This document shows positions 1 to 13,102 of a DNA stretch of 64,000 nucleotides, in pieces (within the stretch, counting starts at the first letter, position 1; every line of letters begins with the position of its first letter). The notes beneath the pieces were generated by a model that was given only the letters and a program-made list of their open reading frames with translations, made no database searches and was not told where the DNA came from. The position numbers and the translations under genes were made by a program. Source of the DNA: Octopus bimaculoides (Eukaryota); assembly GCF_001194135.2 (NCBI RefSeq), contig NC_068997.1, positions 13,725,392 through 13,789,391 of the forward strand, written 5' to 3'.

Positions 1-29
1 CTATTTCCTCACTTCATACCTCTTTTTTA

Positions 30-185
30 TTTCATCTGTCTCTACGTTCTGAGTTCAAATTCCGCCGAGGTCGATTTTGCCGTTTTTCTTTAAGGGGTCG
101 AAAAATTAAGTACCAGTTGCCTACTAGGGTTGATCTAATCGGCTGGTTCCCTCCCCTAAAATTTCGGGCCTTTTGCAGAAAAGAA
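30..185 (+). mobile_element. S1 tRNA-derived SINE, 5'-truncated, tail type a
   Basis: Box B GAGTTCAAATTCC, then gaggtcga..ggggtcga..taagtaccagttg..; ends aaatttcgggcctt..gaaaagaat; matches many copies in the window. Confidence 0.85.
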
Positions 186-187
186 TA

Positions 188-403
188 TTGGTTTCAAATT
201 TTAGCATGACGCCAGCAATTTAAGGGTTTGAGGTGAATCAATTACATCAACCCCAGTGCTCGACTGGTACTAATTTTATCATTTCCTAAAGGATCAAGGG
301 TAAAGTTGACACCGGTGGAATTTGAACTCCGAACGTAAAGACGGACGAAATGCCTCTAAGCATTTTGCCCGGCGTGCTAACGATTCTCCCTGCTCACCGT
401 CTT
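188..403 (-). mobile_element. S1 SINE, near full length, tail type b
   Basis: Reverse complement of head (gcgtgctaacgattct) and box B (ggaatttgaactc); tail-to-tail with the 30-185 copy. Confidence 0.85.
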
Positions 404-410
404 AGACATA

Positions 411-601
411 GGTTTCAAATTTTGGCACATGGCCAGCAATGTTGGGTGAGGGGCTACGTCGATTAAATCGACCCTAGTGTGCAACTGGAACTTATTTTAT
501 CAACCCAGCAAAAATGAAGGGTAAAGTCGACCTCGGCGGAATTTGAACTCAGAACGTAAAGAGGGAGAAGATTCCACAAAGCATTTTGTCCGATGTGCTA
601 C
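411..601 (-). mobile_element. S1 SINE, tandem to the previous copy
   Basis: gtcgacctcggcggaatttgaactcagaacgtaaag and the same ggtttcaaattttggcac tail. Confidence 0.85.
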
Positions 602-604
602 AAG

Positions 605-1240
605 GAATGGGTGGTCATATTTGGAATGCACATAGTCAAGAAGTTAAACAAAACTAACAACATATTTTATGGTTCTCTATGCAGTGTCCCTTCCAGCTAG
701 AAAGCGCAGCCAAATCTCCATCAAACTTAATCATTCCTCCAGACAGAACACATTTAGTTAGGTGCTCCTAAGAATTCTCTTGATTAAAATTTTGCTGAAT
801 TAAGGCCCGACCAGTGCTAAACAAGGCTACTCTTACTACAACTAAGTTTCTTCAACTCTAGCTCGGCCTGTTAAAAATAGCAGCCAAATCACTCTCAGAT
901 TAAACCATCATCACGTTAATTTAGTCTTAGAAATTCCCTGGAAACTACTAAAAAAAGAAATACAAATAGATGGGATGCCTTTTATCATAGATTTGCTCAA
1001 TCCAAATTGACCTACAGCTAGATAACTACATCAATAATAATAAAGTACATTTTTGCGATGTACGTAATTCTATGCAGTCGAATAGCTTACTAGAAATAGC
1101 AACTAAATTTATCTCCCTATAGAAACCTTTAACGATAAAGAAGGGACGCATTCAGTGATAGAATCTTCGATACCAAAAAGTAAAGACTAGGATAGTTAAC
1201 ATTGTAATCTTACTCAACCACGGTTGAACAAGGGCTAAAA
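605..1240 (+). repeat. Three degenerate tandem units of the ~200-bp AATAGCAGCCAAAT repeat (R)
   Basis: Motif variants near 705, 879 and 1097, each followed by similar downstream sequence; related copies near 15.4, 29.9 and 51 kb. Confidence 0.55.
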
Positions 1241-1292
1241 GGCAAAAAAAAAACAAAAAAACTCAGATATTTAAAACAGAGTAATGTATACA

Positions 1293-1496
1293 ATACAGTT
1301 CCGTATTTCAGAGATGAGGAATTATGTACATTTGACGGATATCTGTCCTCATCTTGTTTGTTGTTAACACAACGTTTCAGCTGATATACCCTCTAGCCTT
1401 CATCAGGTGTCTTGGGGAAATTTCGAACCTGTGTTCTCATTCCTAAGGTATTTTTTCGATATTATTATTATTATTATTATTATTATGGTCACTGCC
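1293..1496 (-). mobile_element. Family A hammerhead-tailed tRNA SINE, copy 1 (head in the N gap)
   Basis: Inverted match to 1623-1808 and direct match to 52734-52985; (AAT)n linker, then HHR-containing tail. Confidence 0.85.
1366..1411 (-). ncRNA. Minimal type I hammerhead ribozyme motif, stem II slightly degenerate
   Basis: RNA GACAC CUGAUGA A GGCUA GAGGGUAUAU CAGCU GAAAC GUU GUGUU. Confidence 0.7.
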
Positions 1497-1569
1497 NNNN
1501 NNNNNNNNNNNNNNNNNNNNNNNNNNNNNNNNNNNNNNNNNNNNNNNNNNNNNNNNNNNNNNNNNNNNN

Positions 1570-1808
1570 GCGTAGTGGTTAAGAGCGCGGGCTACTAACC
1601 CCAAGATCCCGAGTTCGATTCCAAGCAGTGACCTGAATAATAATAATGATAATAATAATAATATCGAAAAATAATATCTAAGGAATGAGAACCCAGGTTC
1701 GAAGTTTCCTCAAGACGCCTCATTAAGTCTGGAGGGTATACCAGCCGAAATATTGTGTTAACAACAAACAAGATGAGGACAAATATCCGTCAAATGTATA
1801 CAATATTA
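1570..1808 (+). mobile_element. Family A SINE, copy 2 (tRNA-like head, HHR core mutated)
   Basis: Box A gcgtagtggtt, anticodon-like loop CTACTAA (1592-1598), box B GTTCGATTC (1613-1621), (AAT)n; tail core reads CUCAUUA..GAAAUAUU. Confidence 0.85.
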
Positions 1809-1889
1809 GACTGAAGTATGGGATTAATATAATATACACAATAAAATTAAATCTACTAATCAGGAAGACTTAGCAGCGGAAACATGAAT

Positions 1890-2086
1890 ATTGGTTTGTT
1901 TACGTCCTCGTAACCTAACGATTCGGCAAAAGATATCGATAGAATAAGTACCGGGTTTTAAAATCATGATTACTGGGGTCGATTTTTTTTTTTTTATAGT
2001 TTAAGCTTAGAGCTGCGGCCATGCTGATGCACCTGTAGATTTTTTTCAAGGAAGTGCTCCAGCATGGCCGCAGTCTGACTACAAGA
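1890..2086 (+). mobile_element. S2 SINE 3' portion with a small internal inversion
   Basis: tttacgtcctcgtaacctaacgattcggcaaaag..ctggggtcgat..gtgctccagcatggccgcagtc. Confidence 0.75.
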
Positions 2087-2205
2087 TATACACAGACAGA
2101 CACACACACACACATATAATGAATATATTTTAGATGCATTGTGTACAATATACACCAACATCATATGTAGATACATACATGCATATGTATGTATGTACGT
2201 ATGTA

Positions 2206-2236
<31 letters not shown>

Positions 2237-2884
2237 GGCAGATAGGTAGATAAATACACATACATACATATGTATATAAATAGATATGTAGATAAACATA
2301 TAAACACACACATAGATACACATGCACATACATACTTACATATATACATACATTCATAGACTCAAGTGCGCACATTGCTGAAAATCTGTGAGCCTGCTTT
2401 TGTGTTTCCGTGAGCATGTTTGTATAAAGATGCACACACACACGGAGTAATTAATACTATTTTTGCTTTTCTTTAATTTTTCTAGTTTTTTGGGGTTTTT
2501 TTAATATATTTTTTCTCCTTTTTACAGCAAAGTTTACTTTTACTTTGAAATCTCTACAGTGAAATAGTTTTACAACAACAATAACAACAACAGTATGATG
2601 CTGAGAAGCAATGCAAGAGAGGAGAGTGTCACAGAGAGAGACTAGATGGAAAAGCAACAACAAGAACAAAAACGGCAGCAGTAGCGACATTAGCAACAAA
2701 ACGTAGCAAACCTATATGGTTCTCCATTAATGGAATCCTATTACAGAAATAATTGTAATTAGGAGAAGCTCTAATCAGGCAAACAGCATCTGTCTTACTT
2801 GACAAATATACGAATCCCATGATATCTAATGATGGATATCGGTACGAAACAAACTGATGAACAATTGTGTTTAGGTTTGCACTA

Positions 2885-3265
2885 AACTACTACTACTACT
2901 ACCATAACCGTTACCACAGTCTCCATTGCGACCGCCGTTAAAACCATTATCACAACCAAGCACTACTGCAATCTTTACCACCATCGTCACAATCACCAGT
3001 ACAACAACTACCACAACGAACACGACTAACTACCCGCCACAACGAACAGAACGGCTAGAACATGCACCACCACCACCACCACCACACAAATAACATCACC
3101 GCCACAACGAATACAATTTCTCCACCACTCAACGAACTCTACGGTTATAACGTGTACCACCACCACCCCAAAAGTAAACATAACCGCCACAACGAACGCT
3201 ACTGCTATAACGAATGCAACCGCAACAACGAACACTACCATCACCACCGCCACAGCTAACTTCGC
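2885..3265. repeat. (CAC/AAC)n-rich low-complexity tract
   Basis: Degenerate trinucleotide repeats; the His-rich and Val-rich ORFs here are by-products. Confidence 0.85.
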
Positions 3266-3500
3266 AGCCATGAGATCCTATGTTTATTAGTAGCGCGTGA
3301 AATCTTTGGCAAATGTCATATTCTGTGGCTTAGATTCGATCCATTCGTAGTAAGTAAAAGTGGGTGGACGAAAACTGCATAGCAGCTCACCTGGTGGATA
3401 TTTACCTGTCATAGAAAACGTCTAATCTTGCCATAGTCTTTGTCCCATTCGCTCTTTCAGACAGTTACATTATTAATACAGATTATTAGTAAACAGAATC

Positions 3501-3867
3501 ACAGGCGTGGCTGTGTGATAAGAAACTTGCTTCCCACTGTGTGACCCCTTGGACGAGAGCCTTCTGCTAGCCTTGGGCCAACCAAAGCCTTGTAAGTGGA
3601 TTCGGTAGACGGAAACTGAAACAAGCCCGTCGTACATGTATATATCTATGTGTGTCTTTGTGGCATTGCTTGTCCTCCACCATCACTTGACAACAGGTGT
3701 TAGTGTGTTTACGTCTCTGTAACTTATTGTATCGGTCTATTTTGCCGAACCGCTAAGCACAAGACTTTAATAAATAAAAAAAAGCTCACGGAGTTGATTT
3801 GTTTGACTAAAACCCTTCAAGGCGAAGCCGCAGCATGGCCGCAGTCAAACAAGTAAAAGATAGAAGA
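3501..3867 (+). mobile_element. S2 SINE (tRNA head, CORE-like segment, internal microsatellite)
   Basis: ggcgtggctgtgtgataag head, agccttgggccaaccaaagccttgtaagtggattcggtagacggaaactg, tail agcatggccgcagtcaaacaagtaaaaga. Confidence 0.85.
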
Positions 3868-5064
3868 TAATATCTGTGGAATATTCAACCATTTGCACGT
3901 TAATTTAGGAGTAGGTTATTTAGATTATCAAAGAAGGGAATACTCATCATCGAACAACGAGAGACCAAGTACACACACACACACACACATGCACGGACGC
4001 ACTATTATATTAAGCAGCATGTAATGGCTGTAGCATGAAATGTTCTTTAATACTTTTAACAGAATACTTTGTTTCTTTAATACTTTCCGATGTGTTAATT
4101 GTTAATGTCTGCCATACATATTCTTTGCCTCTGACGATTCAGCTAATTTTTACTTCAGAGTAATTTTATTTCATTTCAAAGTTTTAACACTTTACAAATA
4201 TGAACAGTAACTCTCTTAAATTTTCTTTTTCCTTCTAAACTGAGCTGTCTTGTGAAAGAAATATATAATGCAATTAAAAATAGTAAACCAACACCTGAAC
4301 AGAAAGCGCTTCAACAAACTGAACAGCGTCAATGTGCCAAAATAATTAGGACATCTGAAACAGCGTAGAAAAACTCGAGTACGGCTGGTTGTGTAGCTAA
4401 CTACGTTGTAAAAAAAAAAATTCGACTAGTTTATTTCTCGTGGTTACTTTTATTATTTACTGCTGTATCTGTTGAAAATGAATGGTGAGAAACCGGATAA
4501 TGTGATTTAAATGAATTAACTAATATTTTAATCAAGAACAAGTAAGCTGTAGTTCTTTCTATCAAGGTAGTTAGACATATTGTTGGCGATTTACATTATT
4601 GATGCCAAGTGCTAACTTCGAATATTTACTTATAGAACATGCCTGGTACACACATGCGCACACTGAAAAGACACGTTCTCCACGAATATATAACATTCAG
4701 GGTTCGAGGTGTAGGAAGAATATTAGCTTTAATGAATCAGTAGTTAATATAAAAAGAAAAAACAACTTTCAGGAACAATTGTGGTTTATTGAGACGGAAG
4801 GTTGTGGTTTTTTTTCGTATCGAAGTTCAATAAACTCCAAAAAGTCCTTTTTATATTTCACGATAAGTGATCAGGGTTGCTGGTTATGCGAATAAGAATA
4901 CAAGAGTTAAGGAATGGGGCAGATAAAATCCGGGCTACATATATTTCTTAGCGAGCGGAACCTCGGAAGAGATAAATATCCAAGTGAGGTGCATACCGCA
5001 GGCTATTATTCTTCTGGTCAAGGATAGCTTGACCAGAAGAATAATAGTATAATAATTGGTAGCT

Positions 5065-5233
5065 TTTCTTCCGTCCTTACGTTCTGAGTACAAATTCCAC
5101 CGATGTCGACTTTGCCTTTCATACTTTCGGGGTCGATAAAATAAGTACCAGTTGAGTGCTAGAGTCGATGTAATCGACAAGCTACCCCAACCCCCGAAAT
5201 TGCCGGCTTTGTGCAAACATTTGAAACCAATAT
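5065..5233 (+). mobile_element. S1 SINE, 5'-truncated
   Basis: ttacgttctgagtacaaattcc..gtcgactttgcctttcat..ggggtcgataaaataagtaccagttg..tttgaaaccaatatt. Confidence 0.85.
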
Positions 5234-7199
5234 TTTGTTACAAATAATTATCAGCGAAGGATAAACTGGTACAAGCAGTCAATAACCGATGGCTCTTATT
5301 AAACAAAACGAACAATATCAGTTTGTGAACACAGACAGACAGTCATTGATCCCACCTACGTAACATATATCTATAGGCAAAGTATGAAAGACACAACTCC
5401 TTACTAAAACAAAATAAAGAAGAAAACACAGTAAAATCTTTGTCGTATGAGCACCAAAGAATCGAAATTAATCTCTACCAACTTAAGTCTGCATGAAGTT
5501 TTGAATTCCTGGGCGCCACGTATACCCCAGTGAGAAATTGATGAACGTAAATCACGAAATATCGTTCTTCCTCTTTATAATTTTATGGTCTCATGCTTAA
5601 ATAATCAATATAGATTTTATACTTTCTCTCTTCCCTCTTGTCTTTCTATTTTTCATAGCACTCTCTTTCTGTCTATTTTTATAACTCTCTGTTCGTCTGC
5701 ATTTCCTTTACGTCCACATTGTCCTACTTTTTCTTAAATATTTTCTTGAATTTCTGAGTACCAACTCTCAACTTACCCCTCTTCTCTCTCTCTCTCTATC
5801 TTTGTTTCTCTCTCTCACATCATTTCTCTTCTATCATTGTTTTGCCGTTCCTTTCACTCACTCCCCCTTTCTTCTTTGAATAAGCTAACTCACAACTAAA
5901 GACCAAACAGCAGACATTGGAATTGGCCCACAAACCACAATGGATGATGGTTGATAAGATAAATAAAACAAAATAGACACACACACGCTCTATGCAAACA
6001 TACATTTTCACAAGAAACTAACCAGAGTTACGTATATATATATACGTGTATATATATAATATATAGGGAGAGGTGAGGAGAGACATTATACAAATAGCAT
6101 CAAATATATATATAAAAAAACTAGCAATTCAAAACTATATAAAACAAAACACTTATACACACGAGTCACAAGTTATACACGCTTGTATGTATGTGTATGA
6201 ATATGTATGTGTATGAATATATATATATATATATATATATACGTATGTATTTATTTATGTGAATGTACGTATGCGCGTATGCGTCAATATGTATGTTTGT
6301 GTCCGTGTGTGTGTGTACATATGAATATATATACGTACTATGAATGCACACACGTACATTTACACAAGAGAAAGTTCCAAAAATGCCAGAAATATATTCC
6401 TCAACTTTGCCAAACCTATGTCACCAGCTCCAAACACCCCCACACCAATCCTTCACCCACCATCCCCAATGTTCCACAACTCTCTACACACCACCACCAC
6501 CACCGCCACTTTCAATGCCACACCTGTCAGAGATAAGGTATACAGGGACAATTTTCTGCTTCTTTTTTTTTTTGTATTTTATTTTAATACACTATAGAGG
6601 CACCATGTTCAGTGATGCAAATATAATAAGATTGTGATGTGCATCAGTTTGTGAGTATGTATGTGGTGAGGGGAAAAGAATGAACGAGAAAGAGATGGTG
6701 AGAGAGAGAGAACAAACGTAAGAGTGAGAGTGAAACAGAAACAGAAACAGAGACAAGGTGGGCGGAGGAGAGAAAGGAAGAGAAAGAAAAAAGAGCGAGT
6801 GTTGGGACGTGAAAGAAAATGTGGGGATATACAATAGAATGAAACTGCATATCATCTCTGTACCTCGTTGTCCATTCTTCAATTCTTAATCGGTCTCATT
6901 CTCTCTCTCTCTTTCCGCATACACACATTGCACTCACCCTCCTACATACATACATACATACATACACACACATAATCTTTCTATCCATCTCACTCACCTT
7001 CTCTCTCTCTCACACACACACAAATATATTGACAGATAAAGAGAGAAGAATGGACCATACTTAAAAGCGAATAATCTCTAGATGTTTTTGCCTACGCGAT
7101 TGTGTGCGTGAGTGATTGCGTGTGTGTGTACATGTATGAGTCTTTATATTACAAATACGTAAATAATACTGTATATGCTCTCTCAGTACCTAGAGTATA

Positions 7200-7228
7200 T
7201 ATATTGGACTGCTGAACACTACACGTTT

Positions 7229-7268
<40 letters not shown>

Positions 7269-7470
7269 ATATTATCTCTTATTCATTTCTGCTGGAGAGC
7301 GTAGGCTCGAAACGTAAAAACACTTTTTCATTTTTCCCGAGCCTCAAACTTCTCATATTATTATTGCAGCATTCTTCAGTTTTTTCAAGCCCCCTAGCGG
7401 ACACGAAATGCTGGGCCTCTAACCAGCCATTTCACGAAACCCTTAAAGCTAGGAACTTTTCAGCACCCCC
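7200..7470 (+). mobile_element. Family B HHR-like repeat, (TA)n-flanked; motif at 7286-7320
   Basis: UUU CUGCUGG A GAGC GUAG GCUC GAAAC GUA AAAA; downstream cccgagc..aaact shared with the 42.4 and 54.5 kb copies. Confidence 0.65.
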
Positions 7471-10141
7471 TCGTGTATATATATATATGAATACACATTG
7501 ATATACACACACATAGGTATAAGTATATACATAGATACATGCATATATGTAAACACACACACACACACATATATATATATAGTAAATTTCTATGTGCATG
7601 AACGTTAGTAAAGGTACTCAATACATGTATACATTCGAATTTTTTTGTTGATTCACTCTACTGTCACTACTCTAAGGAGCAAGAAACTCGATGAAAACCA
7701 CTAACTGCACTGAAAGTTTAATTAATAATAAATAAAAAAAAGTCCGGTAATAAACCCCATGTATGTGAAATAATTATTGTATGTAATTGTAAACACAACT
7801 TCACATCAAAACCGACACAATGATCATTACATTGAATAACACTGACAGTGCACGCACGGTTAGGTAGGGCAACAACTACAAGACGCAGTCATTATGAAAC
7901 ACGTAAATTTGAACTTTCCGAGCTCCTCTTCAATGTCCACCAATCCACAATGAAGCTTTTAGTTCGAGAATGATAAACGTCTGTTATTAGAGCTTAAATA
8001 TGCAATGCTCGTATGGGAAGTATTGGTGAAATGTGAGGCGTCTTTACGCGAGAATAATATTGCATGTATACAATTACAATGCTTGCTTATTGTCGGAGAA
8101 TTTAAAGCACTGTAAATAAGTCTGCTCATGCAAGAACGCGAACTCGCTATCTCAATGAGACCGTATTTGGCATCGATATTTGGTTTTGTGCACAGAGGTT
8201 ACAATGCGTATTGTTTTGATCTATCTATCTATCTATCTATTTATGCACACACGCACACACGCACACACGCACGCATGAACAAATGAAAAATGCGAATGTA
8301 TGTGTTGACTCTTATCTGAAGTGAGAACGAAAGTATCATTTGCTTATAATTGACGCAATACAGATAACGAGTAACAACTAAAAATATCCATTTTATAACT
8401 TATCTAAAAAGGTATTTAATTAATAGCATAATGTCTAGTATACCAAAGAAAATTATAGTATGTCTAATGTCGGATCACCTTGATAAATACATACAAACAC
8501 ACACACACGTGATAATATATATATTAGACATAGGATAGTGCAATGGTTAAGAAGTTCAATTCGTAATAACGAGATCTCAGGCGCGATCTTACTCAATAGC
8601 ATTTTCTATCTTATTGGACTGAATTATATTTTGTAAGTAAAATTAGGTATGCGCAGGCTGTGCAGAAAGCCGTTAGATGGATCATAACTAGTAAAAAATA
8701 ATAGAAGTAACCAGTTCCATTTTCGACGCTGGAACTGGTAACTACTATTATCTTTTACTAATTCTTCAACTGGTAACTACTAATATCCTTTAAGGCTATT
8801 CCTTATTTCTTGTTCTCTGAAGAGCGTATAATTGGCTTATAAGAAAATCTTTGCTCAATGACCTATACACCACGTGCAAAGCTGTAAGACACTTTATGCA
8901 TTATTTCTTATTTCCTTATTTAGTGCAGAAACTCTGCAAATATGTTTGAATTATTAATTATCTACTATGAAACGATATCACCAGTTTTGCTTGTTCATTC
9001 TTTCTAATATATATATATATATATAGGTCATGAGAGGTAATGCTGAGTAAGTGCTATCTCTGCTCAAACGATGAAGCACTTATAACTACATTTAGGCAAC
9101 AACAACACTTTTGCTTTAGTTGCAATTCAACTCGGAGTTTTTAGTGGTAAACTAACTCGAGCACTCAACGTATATCCCTAATACATTACGTCATTAGACG
9201 GAATATATATATATATAAGCAAACTCGTATATATACAAACACTGTTAATAGGTTGGTGCATCAAGACAAAGTTCTTAGTGTATTTCTCAATGTAGTTGTC
9301 TAACTTACTTTACACCGCTTGTCTTGGTCACCCACAAGCTACTAATCAACTATACATACACATTCGCTTTCTCACTCATCTGCACGTACACGTTACACAC
9401 AACACATGCATGCCTATCTCTTTTTTATTGTCGTAATATTTCGCTGAGTCCATGAGTGTGTGATTCTTTTGTGTGAACAAGGTACCATCTAATGAAATTG
9501 ATGCTCTAAGCATATTGGTGTGTTTGCGTATATACATACACACTCACATACATATACACACATAATATATATGTATGTATTTATATACGTTCATATATAT
9601 ATACATGTATATATATATATATGCATATACACCAACGTCCTTGCATGGTCGATAGAACCAAACACAGCTGAGAATACTGAGCTGAAGCCCTTTCTCTGTC
9701 CACTTTCTTCCAGCTGTTACATCCTCCAGATTCTTCTAATTCGGAAGTATGGCGATCAAGAGGGCGTCTGCGTTCGCTACTGACTATGTGGCGGCCAAAG
9801 ATAAAGTGAAGTTTTGATGCATGCTGATAGAAAATCTTCCTCAAATGTAAATGGCAAACGAATTATTTGTTTTACTGCAATTCTCTTTCGTCTATTTTGA
9901 ATGTCCCAGATGGCAAGCTAGCGGAATCAGACCCGACAGCGCATGAGACAAAATGTTTACGGCATGTCTACGTTTTTTTTTTTTTTTGTTGCTATGTTCT
10001 CATTTCCAATAGAAGCAAGATTAATATTCATCCTTTTAGAGGTTGATAAAATCAAGTAGCAGGCAAAACTACTGGGGAACATATAATCGATAACAGACCC
10101 TCTAAAATTGCTGCTTTTGTGACAAAATTCGAATGAATATA

Positions 10142-10348
10142 AGGCGGCGAGATGGCAGAATCGTTAGAGCGTCAGACAAGGTCCTTAGTTGTAGTTTTGA
10201 CGTTCTGAGTTCAAATATTGCTGAGGTCCATTTTATCTTTCAACATTTCGGGTTCGATAAAGCAATAACCAGTTGAGCACTAGGGTTTATGTAATCACCT
10301 AATGCCCTTCTCCTGAAATTGCTGGCTTTGTGCCAAAATTTGAAAGAA
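10142..10348 (+). mobile_element. S1 SINE (a further degenerate partial copy lies at ~10027-10133)
   Basis: Head aggcggcgagatggcagaatcgttag, box B gagttcaaat, tail ttgtgccaaaatttgaaagaat. Confidence 0.8.
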
Positions 10349-10369
10349 TCGTACGTGTGTGTGTGTATG

Positions 10370-11160
<791 letters not shown>

Positions 11161-11550
11161 GTCTATATAAATACATGCACACCTTCAAATACACATACAC
11201 TTGTACAATGGAGTTGAACCGCGAGATAAATACATATTTACTATCACAAAGCCTAAAGGAAAAAGAATAAAAGGTAATGTGAATAATTGGTGATAACTAT
11301 TGATGATGATGATGGTTTTAGTGGTGATGAAATTGCAGCAAAATTGGTAATGAGGTGATGCGTGTAGACTGGCCGAGCAGTTAGAGGCAGAAGACTCGAT
11401 TAAAAGAGAGAAAAAAAAAAAGCCAGAAAATATCATGTGACATATGTAAACATATATGTACTGTGTGAGTGTGTTTATGTGCGTGTATTTGTGCGTATAA
11501 CATATATGTGTACACACACACATATGTGTATGTATTGATATTATAAGTGC

Positions 11551-11585
<35 letters not shown>

Positions 11586-11714
11586 TGTGTTTTTACATTA
11601 AATAAGCATTTATGTATACATTTAGATATGATAATATATATGTATGTATATATACGTATATATGTATGTAGAGAGAGAGAGAGAACGTGTGTGTGCACAT
11701 ATGTATACATTTAC

Positions 11715-11745
<31 letters not shown>

Positions 11746-13043
11746 CAGAGAGAGAGAGAGAGTGTGTGTGTGACCGAGAAAGAGACACAGACAAATAGAT
11801 AGATAGGTAGATAGATATGTGTATATGAGAAATATGTGTACATTTATGTATATGTACGTTTGAATATACCTTTGAATATATGTATATACAAATGTGTGGG
11901 AGAGAGAGAGAGACAGACATGTAAAAGCCGGTAGATAATCAAAGACACATAGCACTGACAAAGAAAAAAAAGAAAGAAAGAAAAAGAAGTGGAGAGAAGG
12001 AGACAGTAATTGGGAGAATGAGTGAGTAAAAGGGTAAGAGAGACATGTCATCTTAATTCTCTTGATGTAAAATTAAATATGAAATCTACGTGAAAAACAT
12101 TAGTTTAATTGAAGCGAGGTTAAGAGCACTTCCTGCCCATACAATACCCACAAGGAGACTTCCATTTATAAGCCTTGCTTTTACGTTAAAATGAGGGAAC
12201 TCTTTTGATTTTAAAGAGAATCATTCGTATACACTCAAAATATCACACAAGAAATTAACATCAACTATTTGTTTCTTCTTCTCGTGTTCTAGTTCTTCCT
12301 CTTTTCTGTGCCATTCTCTCTTCTTCTCCTCCTCCCCACTCTCTCTATCTCTCTCTCTTGGCGCTATGGTCTTTCTCCTTGTGTTTCACTAAATGTTCAT
12401 TATATGTGTGCGTTTGTGTGTATGTAATATCTTTGATTGTGTAAGTAATACGCAAATGTGAAACGAGATGATGGAGTAAAGAGGTTTCTGTATGTATGTA
12501 TGTATGTATACACACACATACATATATATACATATGTTGATATCTCCCTCCCTCTGTCTTTCTCTCTCTATACACATACGCACATACAAGCATATATGTG
12601 TGAATTTACATACCTATATGCATACTTGTTAGTCTATATTTGTATGTGTGTGTGTGTGTGTACATATGTCATGTCTACTTATGAACATAAGACCTTAGAT
12701 AAAAGAATAATTGCAAGAAATTGTATATTGAATATAGATGTACATACTGCACGTGAGAGAGTATGAGAAAGAGAGAGATGCTCAGAAAGTGAAAGGGAAA
12801 TCAAAGTGGGGAAGATAGACACCATGATGTGTAAAGAGAGGGAAAGTGAGAGAAAGAGAGAGAGAGCATAAGATGATGAGAAAGAGGCTGAGAAACTGTC
12901 TTTGTAATTGCATAAAGACGTTTATTATTGTAGTCAGCAAACACACCACACACACATACATGCATTCATATATACACATATAAACAAAAGGGAAGAGAGA
13001 CACGTAAACATATACATGCCTACAAGTACACGCACAGATATGC

Positions 13044-13102
<59 letters not shown>

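Noticed and set aside
1570-1625. tRNA-like sequences (also at 37800-37862, 49467-49545 and 50700-50772) as tRNA genes
   Set aside because: They lack a complete acceptor stem and continue into repeated SINE bodies
7980-8190. Minus-strand open frame with HCNCIH resembling the hAT HC..H motif
   Set aside because: Spacing and flanking residues fit poorly; unsupported without a profile search
9640-9880. GC-richer stretch with LHPP, possibly mariner or an exon
   Set aside because: No YSPDL or other supporting motif, and no convincing splice sites
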